Positions 1 through 10,144 of a DNA stretch of 64,000 nt are shown here, one piece after another (position 1 is the first letter of the stretch; the number at the start of each line of letters is the position of its first letter). Below the pieces are notes generated by a model. It ran no database searches and was not told where the DNA came from. It worked only from the letters and a program-made list of their open reading frames with translations. The translations under genes and the position numbers were made by a program. This DNA is from Motiliproteus sp. (GTDB taxonomy: Bacteria; Pseudomonadota; Gammaproteobacteria; Pseudomonadales; Balneatricaceae): positions 10,340 through 74,339 of the forward strand of contig JBFGZS010000010.1 in assembly GCA_041586615.1 (NCBI GenBank), given 5' to 3'.

Positions 1-114
1 ACGGAAATTGCTCTCGTTATCGTACTCCTTGATCAGGTTGTCCAGATCTTCCTGATGCATCTCCAGCTCTGCTGCGGGAGGCTGCTTGTCACCCTGTTTG
101 CGTTCTGTGTTCAT
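1..114 (-). CDS. TRAP transporter fused permease (4TM/12TM), N-terminus only; runs off the window
   Basis: Manual translation from ATG at 114: MNTERKQGDKQPPAAELEMHQEDLDNLIKEYDNESNFR. The 'EYD.ESNFR' start is typical of TAXI-associated permeases, and it lies downstream of TAXI and DUF1850. Confidence 0.7.
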   Translation of the reverse strand, partial: MNTERKQGDKQPPAAELEMHQEDLDNLIKEYDNESNFR

Positions 115-131
115 GGCTTTCAGCTCTGTAC

Positions 132-590
132 TTATTGGCAGTGGTCCACCGGTTGGATCCGGAGTCCGGAATCGGGCCACTGATTTAGATTAATAGTTGT
201 CTGGCCGGTATGCAGCCGGTTGTTAAAACGGCTGTCCGTACGTACGATCAGGTCGTTAATCGGCCGTTTAAGTCGTACGATAAACTGGCCATTGCGATGC
301 TCAAACGCGAGCATATTCGGTTCGTTGGCCATCGAAGGGAGCCCCTGACCGTGGGCGATAAAGCGCTCTTCGGTCTGCAATATTCGCTGGCCACCGCTGC
401 CGTCGTTCAACAACCGATACTGATCATGTACCGGCGTCAGAGAAACCGAATGGATAAAAGACAGCGAAAATGTCTGATCAACCAGCGTGACACAGCCTAG
501 CACTGTGTCAGACCGGTAATCCTCTATACGGAGTGAGGAGGCCTGCACACTGGAAGCTATCGCCACCACGGCGACGGCCCCCAGCGGCAT
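132..590 (-). CDS. DUF1850-like protein (TAXI-TRAP accessory)
   Basis: C-terminal part of ORF 132..908 from MPLGAVAVVA. Contains 'FSLSFIHSVSLTPVHDQY' and 'FIAHGQGLP', and sits between TAXI and the permease. Confidence 0.75.
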   Translation of the reverse strand: MPLGAVAVVAIASSVQASSLRIEDYRSDTVLGCVTLVDQTFSLSFIHSVSLTPVHDQYRLLNDGSGGQRILQTEERFIAHGQGLPSMANEPNMLAFEHRNGQFIVRLKRPINDLIVRTDSRFNNRLHTGQTTINLNQWPDSGLRIQPVDHCQ

Positions 591-597
591 ACGCCAC

Positions 598-1572
598 TTA
601 CTGAATGATGCCTTTTTCACGATAATAACGCTCGGCACCTGGATGTAGCGGGATGGAAACGGATTCCAATGCAGTTTCCCGGCTAATCTCCTTTCCTTTG
701 ACATGTACTTTCGCCAGCGTGTCGGTATTTTCATACAGCGCCTTGGTAACGGCGTACGCGATATCGTCAGGCAGATCGGCATGGGTAGCCCAAATGGCAC
801 GTACCGCCAGGGTCTCAACGTCTTTATCGATTCCCTTATAGGTACCGGCCGGCAGTAAGGTCGAGGCGTAGTAGGGCTGAGTAATCTGCAGTTTCTTAAT
901 CGCCGCACCGTTCAGCGGTATCATGCTGACATCGTGCCCGTTGGACAGCTCAACAATCGATGCGGTCGGAGAGCCCGCCGTGATCAGTGACGCACCCAGG
1001 TTACCGTCTTTCAGTTTCTCGGCAGACTGGGAGAAGGAGGAGTAGTCCTCTTTGATATCGTCACGGCTCATGCCGTGAGCCGCCAGCAGGTCTCCCAGCA
1101 ACTGCCACTGGCCCGAACCGGGTGAGCCGGAACTCACACTCTGACCTTTTAGGTCTTCAAATCGATTCAACCCTGGCTGCGCCACCAGCTGTACCGTTTC
1201 GGGGTACAGCGCGCCCAGCGCACGCAGGTTGGTAATCGCCTTGCCTTGGAATTGATTCTTACCGTTGTAGGCGGCGTCCAACACGTCTGCGGCGACGAAA
1301 GCGGATTCGATCGAGCCGCGACCCAGCAGCCCGGCGTTGGACACGGAGGCATTACCCGTTTCGGCGGTTGCAGAGAGTTTTTTCCCTTTCAGGTCACTGT
1401 TATTAGAGATCACCTGCGCCAGCATGCCACCCAGGGGGTAATAGGTACCACCGGTTCCACCCGTTGCGATGCCGAAAAACACACGTTCCTGCGCCTGAAC
1501 AACGCCGGCTGTAAGACCGGCTGTCAGAGCCGCGGAGACAAGGAGGGTTTTTAGGGTTTTCTTCATTTTCAT
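598..1572 (-). CDS. TAXI family TRAP solute-binding subunit
   Basis: Signal peptide; 'IATGGTGGTYYPLGG', 'LYPETVQLV', 'GSPGSG', 'IPLHPGAERYY'. Start placed at ATG 1572 after AAGGA. Confidence 0.93.
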   Translation of the reverse strand: MKMKKTLKTLLVSAALTAGLTAGVVQAQERVFFGIATGGTGGTYYPLGGMLAQVISNNSDLKGKKLSATAETGNASVSNAGLLGRGSIESAFVAADVLDAAYNGKNQFQGKAITNLRALGALYPETVQLVAQPGLNRFEDLKGQSVSSGSPGSGQWQLLGDLLAAHGMSRDDIKEDYSSFSQSAEKLKDGNLGASLITAGSPTASIVELSNGHDVSMIPLNGAAIKKLQITQPYYASTLLPAGTYKGIDKDVETLAVRAIWATHADLPDDIAYAVTKALYENTDTLAKVHVKGKEISRETALESVSIPLHPGAERYYREKGIIQ

Positions 1573-1637
1573 TTCCTTATTTTTGGACTTGATTTTATTG
1601 CTTAGGCTTTTCATGATTTTTGCTTCGACGATCTAAC

Positions 1638-2609
1638 TCACAGCTCGATCTTTTTTAGCATTCTGCTCGCCAGCACTGCGGCGGTACGGGCCGTAACGCC
1701 CTGCGGGTCGTAGCTAGGGTTCAACTCGGTCAACTCCACCAATGGCAGCCCGAAACGACACTGTTTCGCGCAGTCGAGTACCAGGTCGATCACGGCCTCA
1801 ATCACCTCAAGGCTGACTCCGCGAACAGCCGGCGCGCTAACACCAGGCGATTGATAATGAGGCAGTACGTCGAGATCGATGCTCAGATAGAGCGCATCCA
1901 GTTGTCCGGTGAAGGCCTCTAGCTCAGCCTTGATCTGCCCCAGATCAGCCGCTGTCATCTCCGTGTCGGTGCGGTAGCGCACCCCCCATTCATCGGCACG
2001 ACGGAATAACGCTTCGGTGTTGCTTTCTTTGGCAACACCCAAACAACAGTAGTGAAAATTGTCGGCGCCGGTTAGTGCTTGAATCTGAAAGAACGGCGTG
2101 CCGGATGATGAACCTGCAGCGCCGGGGCAACGCAGGTCGAAATGCGCATCCAGGTTGATAATACCAATCTTGGCATCCGCGCCGAGAACCTTATACAAGC
2201 CACTGAAGCTGCCGAAGGCCGTCTCATGCCCCCCGCCAACCACCAAAAGACGCGATACGGTTGGCAACGCAAGAGCCACCTGCTCGGCTAGCTCTTGCTG
2301 CCTGTCTTCCAGTGCACCGTTGCTGTCAACGATATCGCCAAAGTCAACCAGCTGCATATCCCCGCCGTGCCAGGCGACATTTCTGAGCTGTTGCCGAAGC
2401 GCCGTGGGGCCTTCTGCTGCGCCAATACGGCCGCCGTTACGTTTGACGCCGGTATCGCAGCAAAAACCAATCAACCCATAGTTCCGGGATGGGTTTTGCT
2501 CCGTGCTAGCGTGCGAGACAACCACGTGGTGATGCCAGCGCTGTGTACGGAGAGGGTCATCTTGATCGTCCCGACCCTGCCATGGAGCAGGCGTTCTGAC
2601 AGTGTTCAT
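1638..2609 (-). CDS. hutG: Formimidoylglutamase (arginase/ureohydrolase family)
   Basis: 'WQGRDD', 'RNGGRIGAAEGP', 'GGGHETAFG', 'DAHFDLR', 'SIDLDVL', 'ELNP'. RBS GAGGTG precedes ATG 2609. Confidence 0.88.
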   Translation of the reverse strand: MNTVRTPAPWQGRDDQDDPLRTQRWHHHVVVSHASTEQNPSRNYGLIGFCCDTGVKRNGGRIGAAEGPTALRQQLRNVAWHGGDMQLVDFGDIVDSNGALEDRQQELAEQVALALPTVSRLLVVGGGHETAFGSFSGLYKVLGADAKIGIINLDAHFDLRCPGAAGSSSGTPFFQIQALTGADNFHYCCLGVAKESNTEALFRRADEWGVRYRTDTEMTAADLGQIKAELEAFTGQLDALYLSIDLDVLPHYQSPGVSAPAVRGVSLEVIEAVIDLVLDCAKQCRFGLPLVELTELNPSYDPQGVTARTAAVLASRMLKKIEL

Positions 2610-2701
2610 AACATCACCTCGTTTGCAATCAGTTGGCATATAACCACATTTAGGCGTATAAAGAAACCGCTGCACGATCAAACAATGCAAATACCAACAC
2701 G

Positions 2702-2719
2702 ATATTCATATATGAATAT
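2702..2719. promoter_or_regulatory. Perfect 18-bp palindrome ATATTCATATATGAATAT, candidate operator in the divergent hutG/oxidoreductase promoter
   Basis: Self-complementary and AT-rich, between divergent transcription units. Confidence 0.6.
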
Positions 2720-2809
2720 TCCATCCGTTGGGCATGCACGTTATCATCATGCACAAGAGACGTGACGAGTGCTTATTTTATAGCGAAGCGGAATCTGGAG
2801 CGGCCAGCT

Positions 2810-3048
2810 ATGAACACCATTGATCAACCGCCACCCCCTAACAGCGGTGTGGAAGGTACCCAGCCGCCTGAATTCACAGGCATTGCCAGCCCGATCCTCG
2901 ACCCCGAGGGCAACCCTGTCGCGGCCATTAGTTGTCGTTTGGGCGCTCCAAAATGAGCGAAAGTCATTACAGGGCGCGTTGTGCTGGCCTTCGCCAACAA
3001 TATTTATTGCTTCAGCCACAGCTCTGTGGCGAGCCTGGTGCTACCTAA
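2810..3048 (+). pseudogene. IclR-family regulator relic with a large internal deletion and a frameshift
   Basis: RBS GGAG + ATG. The N-leader ends in 'GVEGTQ' and is fused directly to an IclR-like C-terminal motif 'TGIASPILDPEGNPVAAIS'. The shifted-frame tail ends at TAA 3048, just before the next RBS. Confidence 0.55.
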
Positions 3049-3063
3049 TCAAGGATTATGTTT

Positions 3064-4335
3064 ATGTCATCATCACCTTACCCCTCCTACCTGCAACGTT
3101 GCGGCTGGGCGACTGGGCCCGGTGCTTCTTTACCTCGTAAACCGCTACACGGTGAACAGCACTGCGATGCGATTGTCATTGGCGCAGGTTATACCGGCCT
3201 GGCGATCGCTAGGCGATTAGCGCAACAGCGTCCCGATTACGTCATTGCCGTCCTGGAGGCTGACGTCGTTGGGGCGGGGTCACCAGGCCGCAACTCGGGC
3301 TTCGTGCTGGAGACGGTATTGAGCGCGCCGAGTGAAGCCAACGCCGCGAAAATCTATCCGCTCTATCAACAAGCACATCAAGAGCTCATGCAGCACTCTC
3401 GCCTCCCGCTGACAGGGAAGCCGGAGGCTGTATTCAAGGCGGCGGCTACCCCACGGGGTGAAAAGGCGCTCAAGCAGCTCGGTCATTTTCTCCAGGCCAC
3501 AGGGCAATCGTGGAGCAAACTGGATGCCGCACGTCTGAAGCAGATTACAGGCTCTGACTATTATCGCAGCGGTATCAGCCTGCCCGGCAACCGACTCGTC
3601 AATCCGGCTCAGCTGGTTAACGAAATAGCTCGACACCTACCGGATTCAGTCACTATTTATGAGCAGAGCCCGGCACTGGAACTCGAGCAATATCACAGTA
3701 GCTGGAAAGTAAGGACATCAGCCGGCGCGCTCAGCGCTCCGCGGGTCTTTCTGGCCAACAATGCTTTTGCCAAAGGGCTGGGGGTCGGGCAGTCGCGTAG
3801 CGTGACCATTTTTACCTATGCAGGCATCACCGCACCCCTGAGTGCGGAGGAACGCAGTAAAACCTCCTCGGAGGGGCAGTGGGGCGTTTTGCCTGCTCAC
3901 CGGCTGGGCACAACGTTCCGAAGCACCGAGGATGGTCGCCTACTGGTACGCGGAATGTATGGCTACGAACAGGAAGGAGGGGCCGAAGTTAAGAATATTT
4001 TGCAACACAGTCTTAGCACGCGCTTTCCCACCTTGGAGGGCGCCCAGCAGCTAGAACAGTGGTGGGGGGGCACAACGTCACTGACGGCTAACGGCGCACC
4101 GCTATGGGGTGAACTCAAACCCGGATTATTCGCCTCTGTGGGTTGTAATGGGGTGGGTATCGTCAAGGGCTGGTTGCTGGGGGGAGCATTGGCGGATCTG
4201 GCGCTCGGACACTCGACGCTCGATGTACCGACATTATTTGGGCGACCCTCCTGGATGCCGCCAGAGCCACTGCGCCAGCTTGGATTTATGGCGGTGAGCA
4301 CCCTCGAAAAGCAACTTGCCGGTGGCGAAAAATAA
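3064..4335 (+). CDS. FAD-dependent oxidoreductase (DAO/PuuB-like)
   Basis: 'VIGAGYTGLAIA', 'GSPGRNSGF', 'WWGG', 'GCNGVGI'. Start at 3064 fits AAGGA spacing better than 3058. Confidence 0.88.
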   Translation: MSSSPYPSYLQRCGWATGPGASLPRKPLHGEQHCDAIVIGAGYTGLAIARRLAQQRPDYVIAVLEADVVGAGSPGRNSGFVLETVLSAPSEANAAKIYPLYQQAHQELMQHSRLPLTGKPEAVFKAAATPRGEKALKQLGHFLQATGQSWSKLDAARLKQITGSDYYRSGISLPGNRLVNPAQLVNEIARHLPDSVTIYEQSPALELEQYHSSWKVRTSAGALSAPRVFLANNAFAKGLGVGQSRSVTIFTYAGITAPLSAEERSKTSSEGQWGVLPAHRLGTTFRSTEDGRLLVRGMYGYEQEGGAEVKNILQHSLSTRFPTLEGAQQLEQWWGGTTSLTANGAPLWGELKPGLFASVGCNGVGIVKGWLLGGALADLALGHSTLDVPTLFGRPSWMPPEPLRQLGFMAVSTLEKQLAGGEK

Positions 4336-4390
4336 CGCAAGGCCGTTTCTGGTCATTCAATTCATCTATTAACAAACGGACGTCAACGCT

Positions 4391-4768
4391 ATGATTAAGA
4401 CAGTCAAAACAGATCTGTACAATTCTCCTTCACCACTGGAATGGGCCACCATCGGTAACGGTATTTTGTTTACCGCACAGATTCCGATTGATGCTCAGGG
4501 GCAGGTGGTCGAGGGCGGAATTGAAGCTCAAGCCCGTCAAACCCTGGAGAACCTCAAGCATACCCTGGAAAAGGCCAACGCCAGCCTGTCTGAGGTGACC
4601 CAGGTGCTGATTTATGTCACTGACAAAACGTACTTGCCCACGGTCAATAAAGTCTACGCCGAATATTTTCTAGCGCCGTATCCGAATCGCGCGGCGATGG
4701 TTATTGCGGGGCTGGCGCGGGATGAAATGCTGGTTGAGATGGTGGCCTATGCTGCCGTTGATCACTAA
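4391..4768 (+). CDS. RidA/YjgF family imine deaminase
   Basis: 'FTAQIPI', 'QARQTLENL', 'VNKVYAEYF..PYPNRA', 'VEMVAYA'. Confidence 0.9.
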   Translation: MIKTVKTDLYNSPSPLEWATIGNGILFTAQIPIDAQGQVVEGGIEAQARQTLENLKHTLEKANASLSEVTQVLIYVTDKTYLPTVNKVYAEYFLAPYPNRAAMVIAGLARDEMLVEMVAYAAVDH

Positions 4769-4924
4769 ACCGGTGTGATGCTGGCACAGCGTATTTGATT
4801 TTCCCTGCTGAGTTCGCCCCCCCCTTCCCTCCCAGCGGCAAGGGGGCTTTATACCCATGGCGGTTCAGGCCATCACTGATGACCTGAACCGCATGCGGCC
4901 CTCGATCGACACCGATAAGCCGGA

Positions 4925-5509
4925 TCAGAACCTCCCCTCGATAACCAACGCAGCAACCGGTTTGCGCTCCCTCGGCTTGGCATCACGTTTGGCGAAGTCT
5001 TCATCGATATGATGGGGTTTACCCTCATAACCGATAGCCAAGGCCGTTAACGGCTCCTGTGAGGCGTCGATACCGAACTGCGCTCGCGCACGGTCGGGAT
5101 CGATTCCAATCATTTGGTGCACGGTAAGTCCCCTAGCGGTTGCTTCCAACGTAAGGAATGCCGATGCAGCCCCCAAGTCATGACTGGCGGCCTTGTTGCG
5201 CTTTCCGTTATGCTCGAAGTGATGCACCACCACACCCAGCACGAGTACCGGTGCATTAGCCGCCCAGGGCTGGTTGCCTTCCAGAAGCACGGCGTGGATC
5301 TTCTCCCACGTCTGCGGATCGCGGGCTTTGACCCCAACGATGTAGCGCCAAGGCTGGGCATTGTAGGACGACATTGTCCAGCGTGCCGCCTCAAAGAGCG
5401 CCCTGACATCCGCCTCGGCAACCACGCGATCGGGATCAAATGCATAGGGGCTATGACGCTGTTGCAACAGCGAGTGAATCTCTACGTCGGTACGGGCTGA
5501 TCTGTCCAT
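4925..5509 (-). CDS. Nitroreductase family protein
   Basis: 'RHSPYAF', 'FEAARWTMSSYNAQPWRY', 'VHQMIG', 'AIGY', 'RERKP'. Confidence 0.9.
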   Translation of the reverse strand: MDRSARTDVEIHSLLQQRHSPYAFDPDRVVAEADVRALFEAARWTMSSYNAQPWRYIVGVKARDPQTWEKIHAVLLEGNQPWAANAPVLVLGVVVHHFEHNGKRNKAASHDLGAASAFLTLEATARGLTVHQMIGIDPDRARAQFGIDASQEPLTALAIGYEGKPHHIDEDFAKRDAKPRERKPVAALVIEGRF

Positions 5510-5647
5510 GGGATACTCCGTTATTTAGCTAGTGGAATAAACTCATCATCACCGGGTGCCAGGGCGAACGCCTGCCTGCACCAGTCTTGTTCGCCGGTTT
5601 CGCTCTCCAACTGTCATCAAGTAATTTCCATGAACCCCAGCCCTGCT

Positions 5648-6367
5648 TTATGCCGTCCTTTCGAACATCAGATCCCAGACGCCATGACCCAGCTTTTCAC
5701 CACGACGCTGAAACTTGGTTACCGGGCGCGCGTCGGGCTGCGGAGAATACTGCCCTTCACCGGCGTGGTTGCGGTAACCCTCGGCGGCGCTCATGACCTC
5801 CATCATATGTTCGGCGTAGGGTTCCCAGTCGGTGGCCATATGGAAAATGCCACCGATCTTAAGCTTAGCACGGAAGGTCTGAGCGATCTCAGCCTGGACC
5901 ATGCGCCGCTTGTGGTGCTTCTTCTTGTGCCAGGGGTCCGGGAAAAACAGCTGAATCCCATCCAGCGAGCCGTCGGGAATGCAGTCTTTCAGGACCAGCA
6001 AAGCATCGTCTTCATAGATACGCAGATTGCTCAACTCGGCTTTCGACGCGTTATTCAGTAATCGGCCAACGCCGGGTTTATGCACTTCGATACCAATAAA
6101 GTTGGTCTCGGGTGCAGCAGCTGACATGGCCAGCAAGGAGTCGCCCATCCCAAAACCGATCTCTAGGATCGTCGCGGCACGGCGGCCAAACACCTGCTCG
6201 TAGTCGATAAACCCGTCTTCGCGGTTCAGCCCCAGCGCGGGCCACTGCTCCTCCAGCGCTTTTTGCTGCCCGGGGGTCATGCGACCGGCACGCAAGACAA
6301 AGGTACGGATGGAGCGCAGACGCCCGTCGGGGGTGGAAGTGTTCTCTTCAGTCATGAGGGTGTGCAA
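5648..6367 (-). CDS. trmB: tRNA (guanine-N7)-methyltransferase
   Basis: '[10 protein letters not shown]', 'LEIGFGMG', '[15 protein letters not shown]', '[11 protein letters not shown]', 'TKFQRRG'. Confidence 0.97.
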   Translation of the reverse strand: MHTLMTEENTSTPDGRLRSIRTFVLRAGRMTPGQQKALEEQWPALGLNREDGFIDYEQVFGRRAATILEIGFGMGDSLLAMSAAAPETNFIGIEVHKPGVGRLLNNASKAELSNLRIYEDDALLVLKDCIPDGSLDGIQLFFPDPWHKKKHHKRRMVQAEIAQTFRAKLKIGGIFHMATDWEPYAEHMMEVMSAAEGYRNHAGEGQYSPQPDARPVTKFQRRGEKLGHGVWDLMFERTA

Positions 6368-6384
6368 TCACTTGTGGATAAATT

Positions 6385-6423
6385 AAAAAAACAAAAGGGC
6401 CGGCTCTTCCGAGTCCAGCCCCT
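6385..6423 (-). terminator. Probable intrinsic terminator downstream of ilvD
   Basis: GC stem-loop followed by a long U tract on the minus strand. Confidence 0.6.
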
Positions 6424-6443
6424 TATCACGCAACCTTGAGCGC

Positions 6444-8282
6444 TTAGTCGTCCAGCAGACTCAGGTCGCGTACCGCACCTTTGTCGGCACTGGTTGCCAT
6501 CTTGGCGTAGACTTTAAGTGCCGCGGATACCTTGCGTGGACGCGGCTCTACCGGCTTCCAGCCTTTACTGTCCTGCACGGCACGACGACGCTCCAGTTCG
6601 TCGTCTGAGACTAAGACATCGATGCTGCGGTTAGGGATATCGATACGAATGCGATCGCCCTGCTCGACCAGACCGATGGCGCCACCGGACGCCGCTTCGG
6701 GAGACACATGGCCAATAGACAGGCCGGAGGTGCCGCCGGAGAAACGCCCGTCGGTCAACAGCGCGCAGTCTTTACCCAGCCCCTTGGACTTCAGGTAGCT
6801 CGTGGGATAGAGCATCTCTTGCATGCCCGGTCCCCCGCGTGGGCCTTCATAGCGGATCACCACGACATCGCCGGCCTTGACTTTATCGGCCAGGATATCA
6901 GCGACGGCCTGATCCTGACTTTCACAGATATAGGCGTTGCCTTCGAAGGTCCAGATACTCTCGTCGACGCCGGAGGTCTTGACCACACAGCCGTTCAGCG
7001 CAATGTTGCCGGTCAAAACAGCCAGGCCGCCCTCTTTGCTGAAGGCGTGCTCGACCGAGCGGATGCAACCGTTGGCGCGATCGGCATCCAGTGAACCCCA
7101 GCGCGCCGCCTGAGAGAAGGCGACCTGTGTCGGTACGCCGCCAGGTCCGGCGCGGTAGAATTTTTTCACCGCATCATTGTTGCAGGTCATGATGTCCCAC
7201 TTCGCTAGCGCATCGGCCATCGTCGGGGTGTGAATGGTCGATACCGAGGTATCGAGCAGACCGCCACGGTCGAGTTCGGCAAGAATCGCCATGATGCCGC
7301 CGGCACGATGCACATCTTCGACATGGTATTTCTGGTCGTTGGGCGCCACCTTGCACAGGTAAGGCACTTTGCGTGACAGCCGGTCCATATCCGCCATGTC
7401 GAAATCGACCTCGGCTTCCTGCGCCAGCGCCAGCAGATGGAGGATAGTGTTGGTCGAACCGCCCATGGCGATATCCAGGGTCATGGCGTTTTCAAATGCA
7501 GCCTTGCTGGCGATCGCGCGTGGCAATACGCTGAAATCGTCCTGCTCGTAGTGACGTTTGGTAATATCGACGATGATCCGCCCGGCTTCGAGGAAGAGCT
7601 CCTCGCGGTCGGCGTGGGTGGCGACTACCGTGCCGTTGCCGGGCAGTGAGAGCCCCAGCGCTTCGGTCAGGCAGTTCATCGAGTTGGCGGTGAACATGCC
7701 CGAGCAGGAACCGCAGGTCGGGCAGGCGGAACGCTCGACTTCATTAACCAGTTCGTCGGAGGCGGTATCGTCGGCGGCCAGCACCATCGCATCAACCAGA
7801 TCCAGGCCGTGATCGATCAGTTTGGTCTTACCCGCTTCCATCGGACCGCCGGAGACAAACACCACGGGAATGTTCAGGCGCATCGCGGCCATCAGCATGC
7901 CGGGGGTGATCTTGTCGCAGTTGGAGATGCAGACCAGCGCATCGGCGCAGTGGGCATTGACCATATATTCGACCGAATCGGCGATCAGGTCCCGTGACGG
8001 CAGCGAGTAGAGCATGCCGTCGTGCCCCATGGCGATGCCGTCGTCGATGGCGATGGTATTGAACTCTTTCGCCACACCGCCGGCCTTTTCGATCTCGCGG
8101 GCCACCAGCTGCCCCATGTCTTTGAGGTGCACATGACCGGGGACAAACTGGGTAAAGGAGTTAGCGACCGCGATGATCGGCTTGCTAAAATCGTCGTCCT
8201 TCATGCCGGTGGCACGCCACAGCGACCGGGCGCCAGCCATATTCCGGCCATGGGTAGAGGTCTTGGAACGATAATCGGGCAT
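6444..8282 (-). CDS. ilvD: Dihydroxy-acid dehydratase
   Basis: '[19 protein letters not shown]', 'NCDKITPG', '[15 protein letters not shown]', '[10 protein letters not shown]'. Confidence 0.98.
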   Translation of the reverse strand: MPDYRSKTSTHGRNMAGARSLWRATGMKDDDFSKPIIAVANSFTQFVPGHVHLKDMGQLVAREIEKAGGVAKEFNTIAIDDGIAMGHDGMLYSLPSRDLIADSVEYMVNAHCADALVCISNCDKITPGMLMAAMRLNIPVVFVSGGPMEAGKTKLIDHGLDLVDAMVLAADDTASDELVNEVERSACPTCGSCSGMFTANSMNCLTEALGLSLPGNGTVVATHADREELFLEAGRIIVDITKRHYEQDDFSVLPRAIASKAAFENAMTLDIAMGGSTNTILHLLALAQEAEVDFDMADMDRLSRKVPYLCKVAPNDQKYHVEDVHRAGGIMAILAELDRGGLLDTSVSTIHTPTMADALAKWDIMTCNNDAVKKFYRAGPGGVPTQVAFSQAARWGSLDADRANGCIRSVEHAFSKEGGLAVLTGNIALNGCVVKTSGVDESIWTFEGNAYICESQDQAVADILADKVKAGDVVVIRYEGPRGGPGMQEMLYPTSYLKSKGLGKDCALLTDGRFSGGTSGLSIGHVSPEAASGGAIGLVEQGDRIRIDIPNRSIDVLVSDDELERRRAVQDSKGWKPVEPRPRKVSAALKVYAKMATSADKGAVRDLSLLDD

Positions 8283-8310
8283 GATGCGGGAACTCCCTTA
8301 AACTGTGTGT

Positions 8311-8374
8311 TAATTAAACAATGTAGTTATTAAACAATATATTTATTAAACAATGTATTTATTAAACAATGTAT
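8311..8374. repeat. 4 x 16-bp AT-rich tandem repeat (TTATTAAACAATGTAT consensus) upstream of ilvD
   Basis: Units at 8311, 8327, 8343 and 8359, read directly. Confidence 0.9.
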
Positions 8375-8545
8375 CAATTCAATATGGGGGTAAAATCCGA
8401 CGGTATGCGGGTGCAGTGCGGGGGATCGGAGGCCTATTCTACCAAGCCTGGGGCGGTGTGCCAAAGCCTATACGACCCAACTAAATGTTGGGTTACTGCC
8501 GTGGGCGAGGCAATGTTCGGGGGACACTCGCCAGTGGCCCCGTGC

Positions 8546-9511
8546 TTACTTGGGGTTTACGCTCTGTTCGTCGAAACAACTCCAGCAGTTACGACCATTT
8601 TCCTTGGAAAAATAGAGCGCTGTATCCGCTTCTTTGATCAGCTGTTCATGAGAATGATCTTTACAGCGGTAGTGCGTGACACCGAGACTGGCCGAGATGG
8701 GAATCTCGATGCCTTCATGCACGACGGGTTTACGGCACATGACCTTACGAATCCGCTCGGCGACATACTCGCCTCCGCACAGGTCGGTATGAGGCAGGTA
8801 GATGCAAAATTCCTCGCCACCGTAGCGCCCCGCGACATCCACCGAGCGTAACAATCGACGCAGGCGTGCCGACACATCGCGGAGCACTTCATCGCCCGCC
8901 TGATGCCCATAGGTGTCGTTAACCCGCTTGAAATGATCCAGGTCGAACATCAGCAAGGCAAGTTGGCCGTCGTAGCGTCGCAGGCGGGTCACTTCTTCGC
9001 AGAAGCGCGCTTCCCAATGGGCTCGATTGAACAGCTGGGTCAACCCATCGGTATGACTGACCACTTCCAACTGAGCCATCGCATCCTTCAGCCGATTTTC
9101 ATACACGGCCACATCGGTCATATCGCGAATCGTGATACACACGTATGCCACTTCACCGCCGGTATCCAGCAGCGGCTGAAAGGCGCAGTTCTGATACATA
9201 AATTCGCTACCGCCGGTGACCTGACGGTTATGCTGGAAACGAAACAAATAAGGACGCTGCTCCCAAGAAGTGAAGGCCTGGTTTTTGAGGACAAAAACCC
9301 CTTTCAACTTCCGTTCAAACCAGGCGCGCGGCAGCTCCGGGAAAATATCAAACAGATTACGTCCGACCACGTCTTCTGCCGAGCGATGGCTGTGCGTCAC
9401 CATAAACTGGTTCCAGACCTGAATCTCCATCTGCGGATTCAGGATCAAAACCCCCGTATCAATCCGATCCATTACCACATCGATAAAAGGAAATTGAGAC
9501 CAGATCGGCAC
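8546..9511 (-). CDS. PAS-GGDEF diguanylate cyclase
   Basis: N-terminal PAS ('VWNQFM', 'VGRNLFDIFPE'); 'DLDHFKRVNDTYGHQAGD'; RxxD + GGEEF. Confidence 0.93.
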   Translation of the reverse strand: MPIWSQFPFIDVVMDRIDTGVLILNPQMEIQVWNQFMVTHSHRSAEDVVGRNLFDIFPELPRAWFERKLKGVFVLKNQAFTSWEQRPYLFRFQHNRQVTGGSEFMYQNCAFQPLLDTGGEVAYVCITIRDMTDVAVYENRLKDAMAQLEVVSHTDGLTQLFNRAHWEARFCEEVTRLRRYDGQLALLMFDLDHFKRVNDTYGHQAGDEVLRDVSARLRRLLRSVDVAGRYGGEEFCIYLPHTDLCGGEYVAERIRKVMCRKPVVHEGIEIPISASLGVTHYRCKDHSHEQLIKEADTALYFSKENGRNCWSCFDEQSVNPK

Positions 9512-10144
9512 TTAAAAATCATCCAGCAGCATGTCGAGTATCCCCAGCAAATGACTCAATGAGACACCGGGCATAAACAGCAACATATCGCACTGAAATG
9601 CTTTATTTTCAATACTATAGCCTATTTTTATCGACAAGGCCTGATCCCAAACCAGTTGTTCGCGGTCCAAAATGCGCTCTACCGGTATATGCTGACCGAT
9701 CAGCGCAGGCGGGCTGTAGCTTAACGCCTCCTCCAGCTGCACGGCGATGCCATTCAAGCAAGCCCCATTCAGCACATTGGAGATATCCAGCAACAACTCC
9801 TGTTCGGCAGTCGACCCCAGATCGGCTCTGTCATACGCCATCATTTCGGCAATTTCGTGAAAACTGGCTTCGCTAAAGATCACGATCGATTCGCCACACA
9901 GTCCTTGATTACCTTTGGTCGTATAAAACGCCTGCCGGACAGCAGAGACGGTCGGTGCGTCAATCATGGTCGACAACTCACCGTGAATAGCCTTGGCTTC
10001 GACCAGTCGGATATTCGGTACCGTCAGGGTGATAAAGACATTAAACAGGCGTGCCAGTGAATCACCGGCCTGCCCCATGGCGACATTACAGACCTCCTGT
10101 AAGCAATCGCGCTGATCTTCACTCAATATCAGAGAATCGCTCAT
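9512..10144 (-). CDS. CheC/CheX-like phosphatase-family protein
   Basis: 'LSEDQRDCLQEVCNVAMGQA' (ExxN) and second site 'LLDISNVL'. Confidence 0.8.
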   Translation of the reverse strand: MSDSLILSEDQRDCLQEVCNVAMGQAGDSLARLFNVFITLTVPNIRLVEAKAIHGELSTMIDAPTVSAVRQAFYTTKGNQGLCGESIVIFSEASFHEIAEMMAYDRADLGSTAEQELLLDISNVLNGACLNGIAVQLEEALSYSPPALIGQHIPVERILDREQLVWDQALSIKIGYSIENKAFQCDMLLFMPGVSLSHLLGILDMLLDDF

